NCBI GenBank assembly: GCA_051362555.1
Contig: CM120644.1
Location: forward strand, 2,984,954-3,048,953
Origin: Lingula anatina
Lineage: Eukaryota > Animalia > Brachiopoda
Direction: 5' to 3'
Length of the DNA: 64,000 nt
Part shown: positions 1 to 12,022 of the stretch, piece by piece
How the letters are laid out: the number at the start of each line of letters is the position of its first letter
Position numbering within the stretch: the first letter of the stretch is position 1
Translations under genes and position numbers: made by a program
Notes under the pieces: model-generated
The model's database searches: none
Seen by the model: the letters and a program-made list of their open reading frames with translations, nothing else
Told to the model about the DNA's origin: nothing

Positions 1-240
1 AAAAACATCCTCTCCAGCTTAACATAATATTATTGTTCAGTTTGGATGAATTGCTCTTCAAAGTAATCTTTGAAAGCAATTCTTGAAAGGAAAAAATTGA
101 ACTTCAGCAGCCTTAATGGGCAAGAAATGTAACTGTGAAAAAGAAAGTGTCTGTAAATTTCATGTAGTTCTAAATGTCTATGGGCAGGACTCCCTCATCT
201 GAATTTAAATAAGCAAAAGAAAAAAATAATACAAAACAAG

Positions 241-246
241 ATAAAA

Positions 247-285
<39 letters not shown>

Positions 286-286
286 A
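241..286. repeat. (TAAA)n microsatellite
   Basis: Direct inspection. Confidence 0.9.
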
Positions 287-525
287 TTGCTCATTAAGAT
301 AACTGTTCATTCTTGTTGATTTTTCATGGGCATATCTGAGCGATCTGAAGATGTTTTTGTCTTTGAATTAATACCAAACACCAGCAGAAATTTCTAATTT
401 TAATTTAATTTAATTTTTCTTAATTTCTAATCCAGAGATAATATCAAATTTCAACAGAAAATGTAAAAGCCAAATGCGGAGGGAAGGGTATGTCAATGGC
501 TGACCAAGAGTCCCAAATATGTCAC

Positions 526-650
526 CTCTTCCTCGGCCCTCATGATGTCCCCTGCGATGCCTGATCCCCCTACTGTGTGGCGCCTGATCTTCCCCTTCCT
601 GCTGGTGGCGCGATCTAGTGACGCCGTCTCATACTCACCCCGCGCATTTA
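526..650 (-). CDS. Internal exon of an SRCIN1/KIAA1217 (p140Cap/sickle tail)-like gene; gene continues beyond the left edge
   Basis: Acceptor ttctttttccag, donor GAG|gtgaca; 125 nt, phase 1 in and phase 0 out; translates NARGEYETASLDRATSRKGKIRRHTVGGSGIAGDIMRAEEE. RRHT(L/V)GG resembles the N-terminal motif of the sickle tail/SRCIN1 family (family call rests on this one motif). Confidence 0.7.
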
Positions 651-1833
651 CTGGAAAAAGAAAAAGAAATATGGGTAAAAAATCTGATCAATTAATTTTC
701 TAGCTCTATCGTCATTTACAACTTAACCAAAACAGTGATTGGCTAAATTAACTTTTAGTTTAGCAAATTCTAGGGCTGGAAACTGAAATTTGAATAAAAA
801 ATTTTTTATTTTCCAATTGCAGCACACTTTAGAGCTGTAGTCTCGCACTTTTGCTTACATTCATACTGAAATGAAAAAAGTTTGGAACATTTCCTTGCTG
901 GTCTAGACACATAATCTTATTAGTATACACACTTGTTTACTATCTCCAATTTACAAGGAATATGATCACATTTATTCAACAGAAATATGAAGCTGTATTT
1001 TTTCCTGTTTCCCTGCACAGCCATCTGATATCGTCTCATTTGCTTCTCACACTATAATAATTTAAAATTACAATCAAATTCTAAGAAATAATCAAACTTT
1101 GATGAAATATCAATTTTTCACTGCAAATTGGTGTGATTATTTTTTCTCAACAGATGACATATTTTTCATTTATTAACGGTGGTGAACAGGAAAATATGTC
1201 CAAGCTGTTCAATGACTAGAATATACATCCTGGAGTAGTAAACTACCATAAGTACTTTAAATCAATTTATCAAAATCATACACCTCACCCCATATGACAG
1301 ATCTATCAGCCACAGGTACAGACACACTCAAACTCTCACAGTTATACAAACTACTCAGTCACTTGTTTACTGGATAATCTCAAATTTTAAAGGGAAAGAT
1401 TAACCTCAAAACACAAACTGAATAAAGAAAACTTCTTGGGGCATATTTATCTTGGTTTATATTTCATGACACACTTAAAAGTAATAAAAGATCAACCTCT
1501 CCCTGCATACTAAGAGATTGAGAAGAAAAACTGCATTGTTCCATTTGTTTTGTGTTGTTGACAGAGTGACATAATCACACCCCTGGATGTGCAATTCAGC
1601 TAGCTTTTTTTTTTCGTCTTTGCAAAAAAAAAAGGCTTACCTCTTAGAAACATTATTTAAACAAGAAAATCACTAAAAATACAATTTAAAATAAAATCAT
1701 ACATTTTGCATCACACATGTACACAAAAAATCTTACTTATCCTACTTTCAATAAATCATACCTCCTCCACACATGCACATACACACACATTGATATATTC
1801 AAATACACTCACACAAACATACACATAAATGCG

Positions 1834-1835
<2 letters not shown>

Positions 1836-1882
<47 letters not shown>
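1836..1882. repeat. (CA)n microsatellite; similar CA/GT tracts at about 4186-4250, 5119-5156, 21762-21797, 58994-59068 and 62369-62415
   Basis: Direct inspection. Confidence 0.95.
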
Positions 1883-1887
<5 letters not shown>

Positions 1888-2270
1888 CCAAAGAGCACCC
1901 AAAAAAGTCCTCTATTTACTGTGTGGTAATGATTGACATGCTGGGGTCTCTGGCCTTAGTGGCTCACCACCTCATAAACCAGACATTACCCTGTATTGAT
2001 CTGTTGACATAATAGAGAACAAACAGCCAACAGGAGGACAATTTGACTCACACTCAGGTGCTATAGGACTCACTGTCTGGCTGGAGAAAATTTGGGACCC
2101 TTAACTACTTCAAGTCTTTGAACAGTTCTTGTTCAATATTATTAATGGTTTGAGTTGCTTAGCATGGCTGACCTGTGAGCTTCTTCCTTCCCCAGCCCCC
2201 CCACCCCACCCCCGCTCTCAGTTATTCTAGATAAGTTAAGCACACTATCTTTGCTTTTTCTTCTTCTCCC

Positions 2271-2308
<38 letters not shown>

Positions 2309-4184
2309 AGAAATCATTAAATGTAAAACAAACATGAATGTGAACAATATCTACCAAAATATATTTATTTTCTGACTCATCCATTTGAATGGTTCTAAGT
2401 ATATAGAATTGACACAGTACCAGTGTACTAGGCTATAAACTTGGAGCAAAATAGTAAGCTAATCTTAGCACAGTATCTCTTATTGACAAGATAATCTGCC
2501 AATACAAACACCACCATCTGTATATATGTTGTATATAAAACCTACATCAGTGAGAAATAATTTATCAATGTCACCAACACCACTTTTACCTTGTACAATA
2601 CTGAACAACTTCCAATTTACTCCAAATATGTTTTTCTGTCAGCTTTTACTATTTGACTGATATTATAACCACACACACACACACACACACACATGTACGC
2701 ATGCATGTGTATAGGCATGATAAACAAGCACATACAGATGCTTGAAAAAGCTTGAAAATCTAAAATTAACATCAATAAATTATATAAGTGCTTTCCCTTC
2801 CCATTCTCTTTTTCTCCCTCATGCACTCACAAACACACACACACACTTATCCATACAACTTAAAAGTACATCCTCAATAGTAAACATCAATCTCCTCCTG
2901 TTGTTTAGTTTAGCATGTGTAAAAAATGCACATCTGTGCACATAAAAGTACACACATCCATACAAGCACATGCTCTTGCACGCACAAAAAGTTATGTATT
3001 TTCAACCTCACATGCATGAATACTCTTCACACTCATAAACATGTGTGCGATTATCAACACACAAAAATCAAGGCACCTTAAAACCACTTTGACACCTATC
3101 ACCTACAGCAGTATACTTATAAATCAAGGATTTGCAGTTAGTAAAAGCTTCAGGCAACAGTATAATAGTAACAATTTTTGTGTTAAATTACCATGGAAAC
3201 CATTGGCATTATAAAGACACACGTCAAAACTGTCTATGACATATGTTTTTGGTGACAGCTACAAGTACTTTTTTTGTAAATAAAAACAGTTGTAAAGTGA
3301 ATTAGTGTCACAATTACTATGTACATGTAGCCTGAACTCAACAATAGTCATTACCAAAACCTATCTTAGATAGCTTTCAAATTTACATGTCAAACTTAGT
3401 GACATATCACATCTACTGAATAACCAAACACTGAAATAATGTTAGTCAGTCTCATCTGTTTATATTTGTACATGATATTTTGTAATTTAAAGAAAGAAAT
3501 TTTATGTAGTGAAGTCAAAGCCTCTGTAAAATTTGTGCTAGTAACAATTTAGAATACTATAATAATCACCATCAAGTTATATATAAACAAGATATATTTC
3601 ATGAGCAAAATTTCAAGAGCAAAAGTGCCTAAACTGTTTTCAGACAATTCTTTTACTCACACCATTGTGCAGCATTTCATGAGTTTTTTTTTCAATAAGA
3701 TTTGCACTCAGTACAAAAACCTACAAATGAACATAATACACACACAAATAGTCCACGTGTATCATTATCCAACTGATTAAATACAGCACTAAGTGCCATG
3801 TTCTTATTTCCAGACACAACTTCAGGTACACCCAATACCACAACATAGTGAAGTGCTAATCCATTCTTACATCCGATATAGAAACATACACGAAAAAATA
3901 TCAGTAATCAAACATTATTGTTACCTAAATGAAGTTTTAAGAATAAGTCTTCCTTTATATCATTTTAAAAATAAAATATGGAAACAGCAAAATCAGTAAA
4001 CCCAATATGTAGTACTCTGTGCACATTGGCATTCTTAAAAGTTTATAATCATTTTAACCAATCAGCATATGTCTGTTAATATCAATGTGAAACTTTAAAT
4101 ATTAATGGAAATGTGAAACCTCTAACTTCTGGTACTTGCTTTTAGAAATCCAAATGTATTATTACTTACTAATTCATACTTTCA

Positions 4185-4231
<47 letters not shown>

Positions 4232-4604
4232 ACACACACACTCACACACATATTCAACAGGATCTTGTACTTATAACCAACGTGTTGCATCTTTGTTTCA
4301 ATCCTCCTTATCAGTCAGGTAGACGGTTCAATTTTTTTTTCACCAATCATTACCATGCTTTACATGGACAAATAAACCTACTAGCACATAAAGTCTTAAA
4401 AAAAGATCAGGTTCTCAACTCAGCCAGTGAACTGGGTCTGTAGCAGCAGATATACAATGACACTTACTACTTGGTAAGTACCTCATTCACACCCTGTTAA
4501 AACCTGTTCAAAGCGAGAACAAATATCCACAGGAAAAAAGTTTCAAGACTGTGGAATTTTCAACCAGTTTTACTTTTAAAAGTAGTTTCCACTTTGATAC
4601 TTAC

Positions 4605-4791
4605 ACTGAACAGGAACCCTCTTTTTCCCTCGGAGAGAGCCGTACCAGGATTTCAGCCTGTCCATTGTACCCCCACCGGTTGCCTTAGCCTCACTGGAAG
4701 TGGAGTGAGCCGAGGCGGAATCGTTCACCTGTAAGTCTATTGATCCCTTATCGCTACTGTTGTCCTCGGGTAGTTCGTATATTACATCCAT
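4605..4791 (-). CDS. Proximal alternative first coding exon of the SRCIN1/sickle tail-like gene
   Basis: ATG at 4791; MDVIYELPEDNSSDKGSIDLQVNDSASAHSTSSEAKATGGGTMDRLKSWYGSLRGKKRVPVQ; donor CAGT|gtaagt in phase 1, compatible with exon 526-650; GC/CpG-richer than flanks. Confidence 0.7.
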
Positions 4792-5115
4792 AGGACAATA
4801 AGTAAACAAACCTTGGGGGCTGCAGTGCGCTGACGTAGTCCGCAGCCACCCGCTCCCTTAAATCCTTCACGCTCAATGTCAATGTTTTTTCCAGCCCTCA
4901 CACGCAGTCCAGCAAGGCTGTACAAATATTTTATATCTTACAAATCTATGTACACAAGTCTGAAGGCTAGGTGAGAGTCACCAGTCACCAAAACAAGTGC
5001 CTGTCAATTCAGCTCCTAAGCCATGCTGTTTGCAGTGTTCAGTCTAAATAAGGCTGGAGATAAAGAAGGAAGGTTGGTGTAGTGGTTACACTTACTACTG
5101 GGGCCCAACGATGTC

Positions 5116-5157
<42 letters not shown>

Positions 5158-5760
5158 TGTGTGAGCATGTGTGCACCTGTGCGTATGCTTTCTTAGCTTA
5201 CCAAAATGCGCGTATGTGCACTAGGATGCGTCTGTGTACACATTTGTGTGTGTGTGTGAGAGAGTGTACTGTAACAGCAAAGACACATTTACATCAGCTC
5301 CAATTTGAACCATCATAAACTTCATCATTTGCTCTCAGCAGTTACTGCTCCTAAATTTTAGACAAAATTGATCTTTTCACTTCCATAAAAACCAACCTTT
5401 ACAAGACAAAGGTAAAGGACTGCATGTAATTCCTACCAAGGGTGAGCTTACCTTAAACAAAAATACCCTGGAGAAGAGCTACAACCAAAAGAGCCCAACT
5501 ATCTTTAAAATAAATGTGACTTTAAGTACCTGACACAATTCTTTAACCATAACTAAAGGACTGAGAAACAAAGTCCAGATTGAACTGACTTTTGTCTAAT
5601 GTATTATATAATTTGTACCACAACCCAATGAATCTATGATTCATTAAGAACTATTCATTGGATTATGTCAAGACAGATATCCACAGATTATAAATATATC
5701 ATCATTGTATGGCTATGTAATACTGTGTTACCAGCTGCTGCCTGAGTACTGTATGTGTTA

Positions 5761-5998
5761 AGCCTAGGTCCCAACCGAACGTACGGGCTGCTACGTGTGG
5801 TATACGACCAAAAAAATGGGAGAAACGTGGGAGTTCGTGCGTGAGGAGCACGTCCATCGTGCGACTTTTAGAGGACGCAAACAGCACGTAGAAACATCTC
5901 GACATGATCAACAGTCGCTACGTGCGATCTAGCTACGTCCTAGCCAGACGCAAGGAACTTAAAAACGGTGCGTCCAAAACGTAGTTGGGACCTAAGCT
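5761..5998. mobile_element. PIF/Harbinger-type MITE, 238 bp
   Basis: 15-bp TIRs AGCCTAGGTCCCAAC / GTTGGGACCTAAGCT (one mismatch), flanked by TTA at 5758-5760 and 5999-6001 (TWA target duplication); CpG-rich interior. Confidence 0.8.
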
Positions 5999-8900
5999 TT
6001 AGATACAGTGAATCCCACAAAACTCAATCACCTCATTCATTTTACACAGTGGGAAAAACTGGACTACATTCTGCTGGGACTGGCGCTAAACCACAGCCTC
6101 TTCTGATCACCCTTGAGCACGTTATCTGTTTGATAATTTTATGTAATCTTAATTGACTCTGATATGGCCAGATTATATCAAGTCCCTCACTTGCTGCACC
6201 TAGATCAGCTGAGTTTACAGTTACTGGTTCCCAAGTTGAGTTGGGATGGACCAAATTAGATCTATCCAATTTAACTGGAAATACAATCTGATGGCTCCGT
6301 ATATCATGTCAACAAGCACTTCATTTTTAAAGGAGGGGGGTGGTAATAACTTACAAGCAGATATCCAATAGTATAAGGATGGTCAATATGATGAAAAGCA
6401 ATCAACCAAAAGACTTATAAAAAATATTTGAAGTAATGAGTGATTCAAAACCATTCTTAATTTGTATTCATGTGAACAAGACTTTTCAGTCAATTTGTTT
6501 TTCCATTTAAAGAAACCTACACCTAAGATAAGGGCATCAAAAAATACTTGCCCTAAGGAACTAAAAAAAAGTGTTTTTCTTCAGGTCAATTTACCACTGT
6601 AATTGAACTAAAGCGCTTAGCTAACATATTGAAAAATCTTAGCACCGGTAGAATTTAGAACAATAAATCTGCAGTGGCAAAGCCTTTGCAACTTTTACAC
6701 GTTGTAATTTGCTAAGTGCAAACATGCCTTTTTTAATTCTTTCTGCACTCAAGTGCAGGCTGATATTCAAACATGACCGCATCCATTAAATATGTCCCAA
6801 GCTAGTTGCCAAATATGGCACCGATTCCTCTAATGGCAACTGTCCATCTGCATCAGCCTTCTCAGTCATAGTTTTGTTAACAACAGACTTCTTTCATTAA
6901 ATTTAACACAAAATATGCCACCACTGAAAACAGACTTATAACCAATTTAAAATAAAAAATTCTGACACACTGGATAAATTCCTCAGCTTTCAATTCTACC
7001 ATCTAGCTCCCTGCCACACTGTGGATGGAGAAATCATTACTGAACAAACGCCTTTTGTTGACTTCATCAAAAAACAACATTTTTTCAGAATGAATAAATT
7101 TCACAAAAGGTACAGTTTCCAAATCACCTGTGGAGAAGCAAAATATTGCTCCAAGCTACATGTGTCAATGGCGATCTGACAAAAAAAAGTAAAAAGCAAA
7201 TAAATATAACCTACATTTTCTGAATGTTCGGTTAAAAAGAGACATCTAACGAGCCCTGCTTGACACAACTATTGTCAACTCCACAAAAATCCAAACACGA
7301 ATAAAAATGCGATCCTTGAGCTTTTGGGGTAAATTGCCCTGTCTACTTCACTCAAGGATGGCTATGGATAAGCTGTATAAAATCTCTACCTGATAAATCT
7401 ACCGTGCCAGTAGGAAAAAAAAATCTTAAATCTAATTAATTACCACAACTTATATTACCCAAGGCATGAATTGACAACCTCTACCCTGTTCCGAATAATG
7501 AGAATCCACAGGGTTTCCATATAACGATGACAACCACCAAGAAGTCCCCAGACGACGCCAACAACGACTATATCAGCGTCCCAAACAAGAAAAGCCCCAG
7601 TGATGATTCATGGGTAATAAAACCAGCCCAGATAGCTTGTCGACATGAACAGACACTATTTCCAATAATGTCACGTAGTCAAGGCACCAAACTGACAAAA
7701 CAGTCTCTGTTTTCCTTCCTTGCTGTTGTCTCAAACACAAGTCAAGGTCCACTGATAATATTACGTCTGCATTGACAAAACACATCTCTTTGTCCAACAA
7801 GGCTTATTTCTCCATTTTACAAAACCTCTTCGCAAACTAGTTTGGTTTTAAAATGAATCTCTCTGTTGACAAAATTTGACATTTTTTTCTCCAATTTAGG
7901 TCAATTTCCCCAAGTAAAAGATTATGAGGTTTTTTTCACTGGTTGCTAATCATCCAGACTTTAAGTGTTACAAATTGCTAGTTATCTAACATAAGTGGTG
8001 CGCCTAAAGCCGACAGGTCATGGTCTATCTATTATCCAATAGAAAATCCCTCCACATTTCACCAAGACACACCTCTACTTATGATGTCTGATGTCTCAAT
8101 CAAAATTTCCAATTTCAACAATTTGATCCTAAATCCCTACAATTTTCTGTAACATATTTGTTTTCCGACCTATATCAGTTCTTTTTCCTTCCCTTTTTAA
8201 TCCAAGTATGTTTCCCACGACGTATATCCCAGAATTTAAAGTTTGGCTAGTTCACACAAAATCCAGTTGTTTGCTCATATACATAAGATAACCTTGGCCA
8301 GAAGACCTATATATCTAGATAAATATCACAAAATTTCAATTCACTTGTTTAACTATATGCTAGTTTCCTAATCAACTGTGTCACTATTTCCCCCCAATGT
8401 CCACTGATAAGAGTATATTGACGATGTAATCGAAGATGCTGAGAGCTGGACAAAAGTATCCAGTAATGAGTCAGTAATTTCCTCTGTGTTTTAGCTTTGT
8501 ATACATACAGTTTCTATGTTTCCTTCATCAAAGTCTCAATAATCCAGTGGTGTATAGTAATATCCAGCTGACACGGAATCAAGTAGTATATTTAGTCAGT
8601 CTTTCTTAATTCTGAGAAAAGCCTGAGGAATTTTGAAAATACATGTAGTCAACAACATAATTCTGTTTAAATCCACACATTGCATTTCATCTTCCCTCTG
8701 CCAGAGCCAAAGACTTATTTTTCACAAGATATTCCCATAAATCTCAGGGGCTAAATCTCTACCCTTTCTTAAAAACTAGAAATTATATATGGAATTATCT
8801 GTGACCTCTTACGTGGAAAACACACCCTCCACAATCCAGCAACCTAAACAGTTTTCATACATAATGATAAGTCTCCAAAATTTTTGAAAATACATATAGC

Positions 8901-9036
8901 CGACAACATATTTCTATGTTAAACACACATTGCCATGTCACATTTCATCCACAGTTCAATAACCTCAGCAGTTGGGACCCTGAACACGATATCCTGGCTG
9001 CCTTCTTGTGACAGATCCTCTACATTAATGTCAAGG

Positions 9037-9201
9037 AGACAGGTGACTGAAATCTTAATTGAATCTTAACCAAGAAGGCGCGTTCACACCAGAGACAGGT
9101 GACTGAAATCAATTGAATCTCCACCAAAGGGACGCTTTCACACTGTAGAGAGGTGAATGAAATCTTAATTAAATTTCAACCAAAGAGGCGCGTTCACACT
9201 G
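9037..9201. repeat. Minisatellite, 3 diverged copies of ~55 bp
   Basis: gagacaggtgactgaaatcttaattgaatcttaaccaagaaggcgcgttcacac and two variants in tandem. Confidence 0.8.
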
Positions 9202-11586
9202 TACCTGCTCTTGGGAACACATCAGACTGACTCAGGACCTAGAAATAATTGGTGACTACCACCCACAGCCCATAGTCAAAACTCTATATTTTTGATATAT
9301 CTGCAAATGTTTTATAAGACTTCAAATCACGATGTGGGACAGTGCAGCAACAGTGAGAGAGCACTACAAAGCATTCACTCTAACCAGTTCCAGCTAAGAC
9401 ACTAAACGGTAAATTAATCCTGACTGACCACAAAAAGTTGTGACTAAAGATATTCTACTAGGCGTAAGTCCACAATGCAGTGCTCTACTGTATGTGAAAA
9501 TTACTATACAAACCAGACCCTGATCAGTGTAGATATCCCAAGGTGTAAATCCACAGGGCTACCTTGAAAGTCCATACAACCATTATCTTTATAAATACAA
9601 CTATAGGCACAACTTCTAGTGTATATATCCATAGTGTATAAATTCCTACTTTCAGCCCCACTTGACAGTCGACATCACTACAGACGCTTGTCACAATATT
9701 ATGGGGTCTCCGACTGGCTGACTGTGACATGAACTTACTGTACACACTGTGGGCTGGGGTCACATAATAAACTGAACATGGTGCAGGCAGTATTGTTTAC
9801 CACAACTAATACAACGCATGTTGTTGTGGCTGTAAACTCTTTCATGTTGGTGCCATTTTAGTTTCTATGACTGGGCTGCAAAGTCTATAAAAAGGACTCT
9901 TTTCGTACTTGGAATGTTGTGCTCAGGGTGTAACTGATTAAAAAATTTTATTCATCTGGACAGACATCATGCAAAAAAACAATATACCTCATTTTTTGGT
10001 TTGGTAAAAAGCTCAATTAGTGCTTACTGAAACTCCCTATGTTGTGACTATAAACTCTTAAATATTTGGGATGGATAAAATATAAAAGTTTGTGTCCACT
10101 GAATTATAAACAAAGCTTTAAATGCTTTTGTCGCTGTAAATTCCCTAAGTTAATACAACTGTGTAGTGTAATGCTTACAATAACTGTTATATATACAACC
10201 ATAAAATCTTTTAATGTCCGTCTCCCATTTAAATTGTTATAGCTATTATTATAACTTTGTTATCAACTCCACTCGATTCACAATAAATGTTTATGTCAGT
10301 GAACCTTGCCCTGTGGCGTAAATTTCACTATTTCAATTGTTCAGACGTGGAATATAAGTTGCTCACAGAACATTTGTTATATTTGTTTGAACTTAACCCA
10401 TTATTTAAATGTCAGTTTCAGAATGCATTGTGTATATTACCTAATTATAAAACTTGCTGAAAATTTTATTTGTATTGATGGTGATGCAATGCCCTGAATA
10501 AGGGACCTGTTAATTTTGAAAACATTTGTAGATCAAAGCAAATATCTACAGAATGAAGTGCACGTACACACATACACACACACACACACACACACAATAA
10601 CCCCAAATTTTTTTCTGGATCTATTTCAGTTTTTAAGATTTCACATTAATCATAAAATGTTTTTCTTGGAAAAAAAAAAAGCTGTTGGCTATGACAAAGA
10701 ATATTTTACAGCTGCAAGCCCAATGTCTGAAACATTTCATCCTCGTCTTTCCTCTTTCCGGGTGATTGGCTGTGACTGGAATCAATTTCCACGAGGTGCA
10801 GGCTGACTGTCGCTGCCACTGTTTACATCACATTTATCAATAAAAGTTCTGAATCAACAATAATTCAACATCTGAAACTTGTCCTTAACAAAAGATGATT
10901 TATTGTTATAACTTCTAGGGCTCTGCATGACATAATGGAGTCCATAATAGAAAGACTGCTTGACAGATTGTCATCCATAAATTGTTGTAGGTCCCTTATA
11001 AATCTAATAAATCTGGATCTTTATCTATGTAAACTTTGTGTTTTTGGTTTAAAATAAAACTAATGGAGTGTCTGTATGCAGTAACATGCCTCCAATTTCA
11101 GACTCCAATTATTGTTCAGTCACCACAAACTATTAACAGTGATTTTTAAACACAAAAGACATAATAAAAAATGTCAGCTTTAATTTATGTAGTGTTACCC
11201 TATGTAACTGTTTTCACCCATTTCAAAGCCATAAGGTGAATCCACAAATGCCTATTTATCTTCATTTATCTTAGTTGATGGTTCTCACTCCCATTTTGCT
11301 CTTACTTAAATCATTTAAAAACATTATAAAACTTACATAGGTGGTAATGCTGATTATTACACCTCATTAATTAAAATCTAAAAACTTGATGGAAGAAAGA
11401 TGTTCATTCTGACAACACAAAGTAGATTAGGTGTGTCAAATTCTATATCTGTCTCTTTCAACTAAAATCATTTATCTATCTCATAATTATCTCTGTTGTT
11501 GTTGTTGCAAAAATCCACTCAGAACCACGTGCTCCAAATAAATCATCAGAAAAGCTTAGTCTGAAAAGCATAGTTTCTTAAATAAA

Positions 11587-11659
11587 CTAGAGGATCAGAG
11601 AGGCAATACCGCCTCCAAATATTGTACCACCAGCTGGAGCAAACGCATTCGTATAGACC
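11587..11659 (-). mobile_element. Orphan 73-bp 3' terminus of the HINE/Helentron element
   Basis: ctagaggatcagagaggcaataccgcctccaaatattgtaccaccagctggagc... matches 12023-12095 and 28043-28115 with 3 substitutions. Confidence 0.85.
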
Positions 11660-12022
11660 TCTATGTATGAACTGCAAGTTTGTTAAAATTTGGAGCCCGG
11701 GGTACAAGGATTCTTTGGTCTAACAACTGACACACATCACTGCTTGGGTGCTAGTAGGTAGCTGCTATATGGTCCCAGTCAACCCATGTATGCCAAACCC
11801 AGGAAATATGTGAAGACATAATTTATCACTTTCCCCCCTGGGTGTCATGACATCATATTACAGGGAGTTAACGAGAAGTTATCACAGTCATTAAGTTGAT
11901 GGGCTAGGTGAACAGCTTGGTAGGTAATTAAAAAAGCTTTTCTCACTTTAGTTTCATTCTTTTATGAAATGTGTGGGTGGATATCCATATTTTTGTGAAA
12001 TTGTGAGTATCTCTGTAGTCAA
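11657..12022. repeat. 366-bp dispersed direct duplication, copy A (between two HINE termini)
   Basis: Colinear with 25405-25770, with about 7 substitutions by eye and no indels. Confidence 0.9.

Noticed and set aside
7527-7775. 82-aa plus-strand ORF with a KKSPDD/KKSPSDD repeat
   Set aside because: Isolated, antisense to the host gene, with no splice partners or recognisable domain.
8631-8933. ~50-bp diverged direct repeat 250 bp apart as LTRs or a target duplication
   Set aside because: Short, AT-rich and without terminal motifs; most simply an old local duplication.
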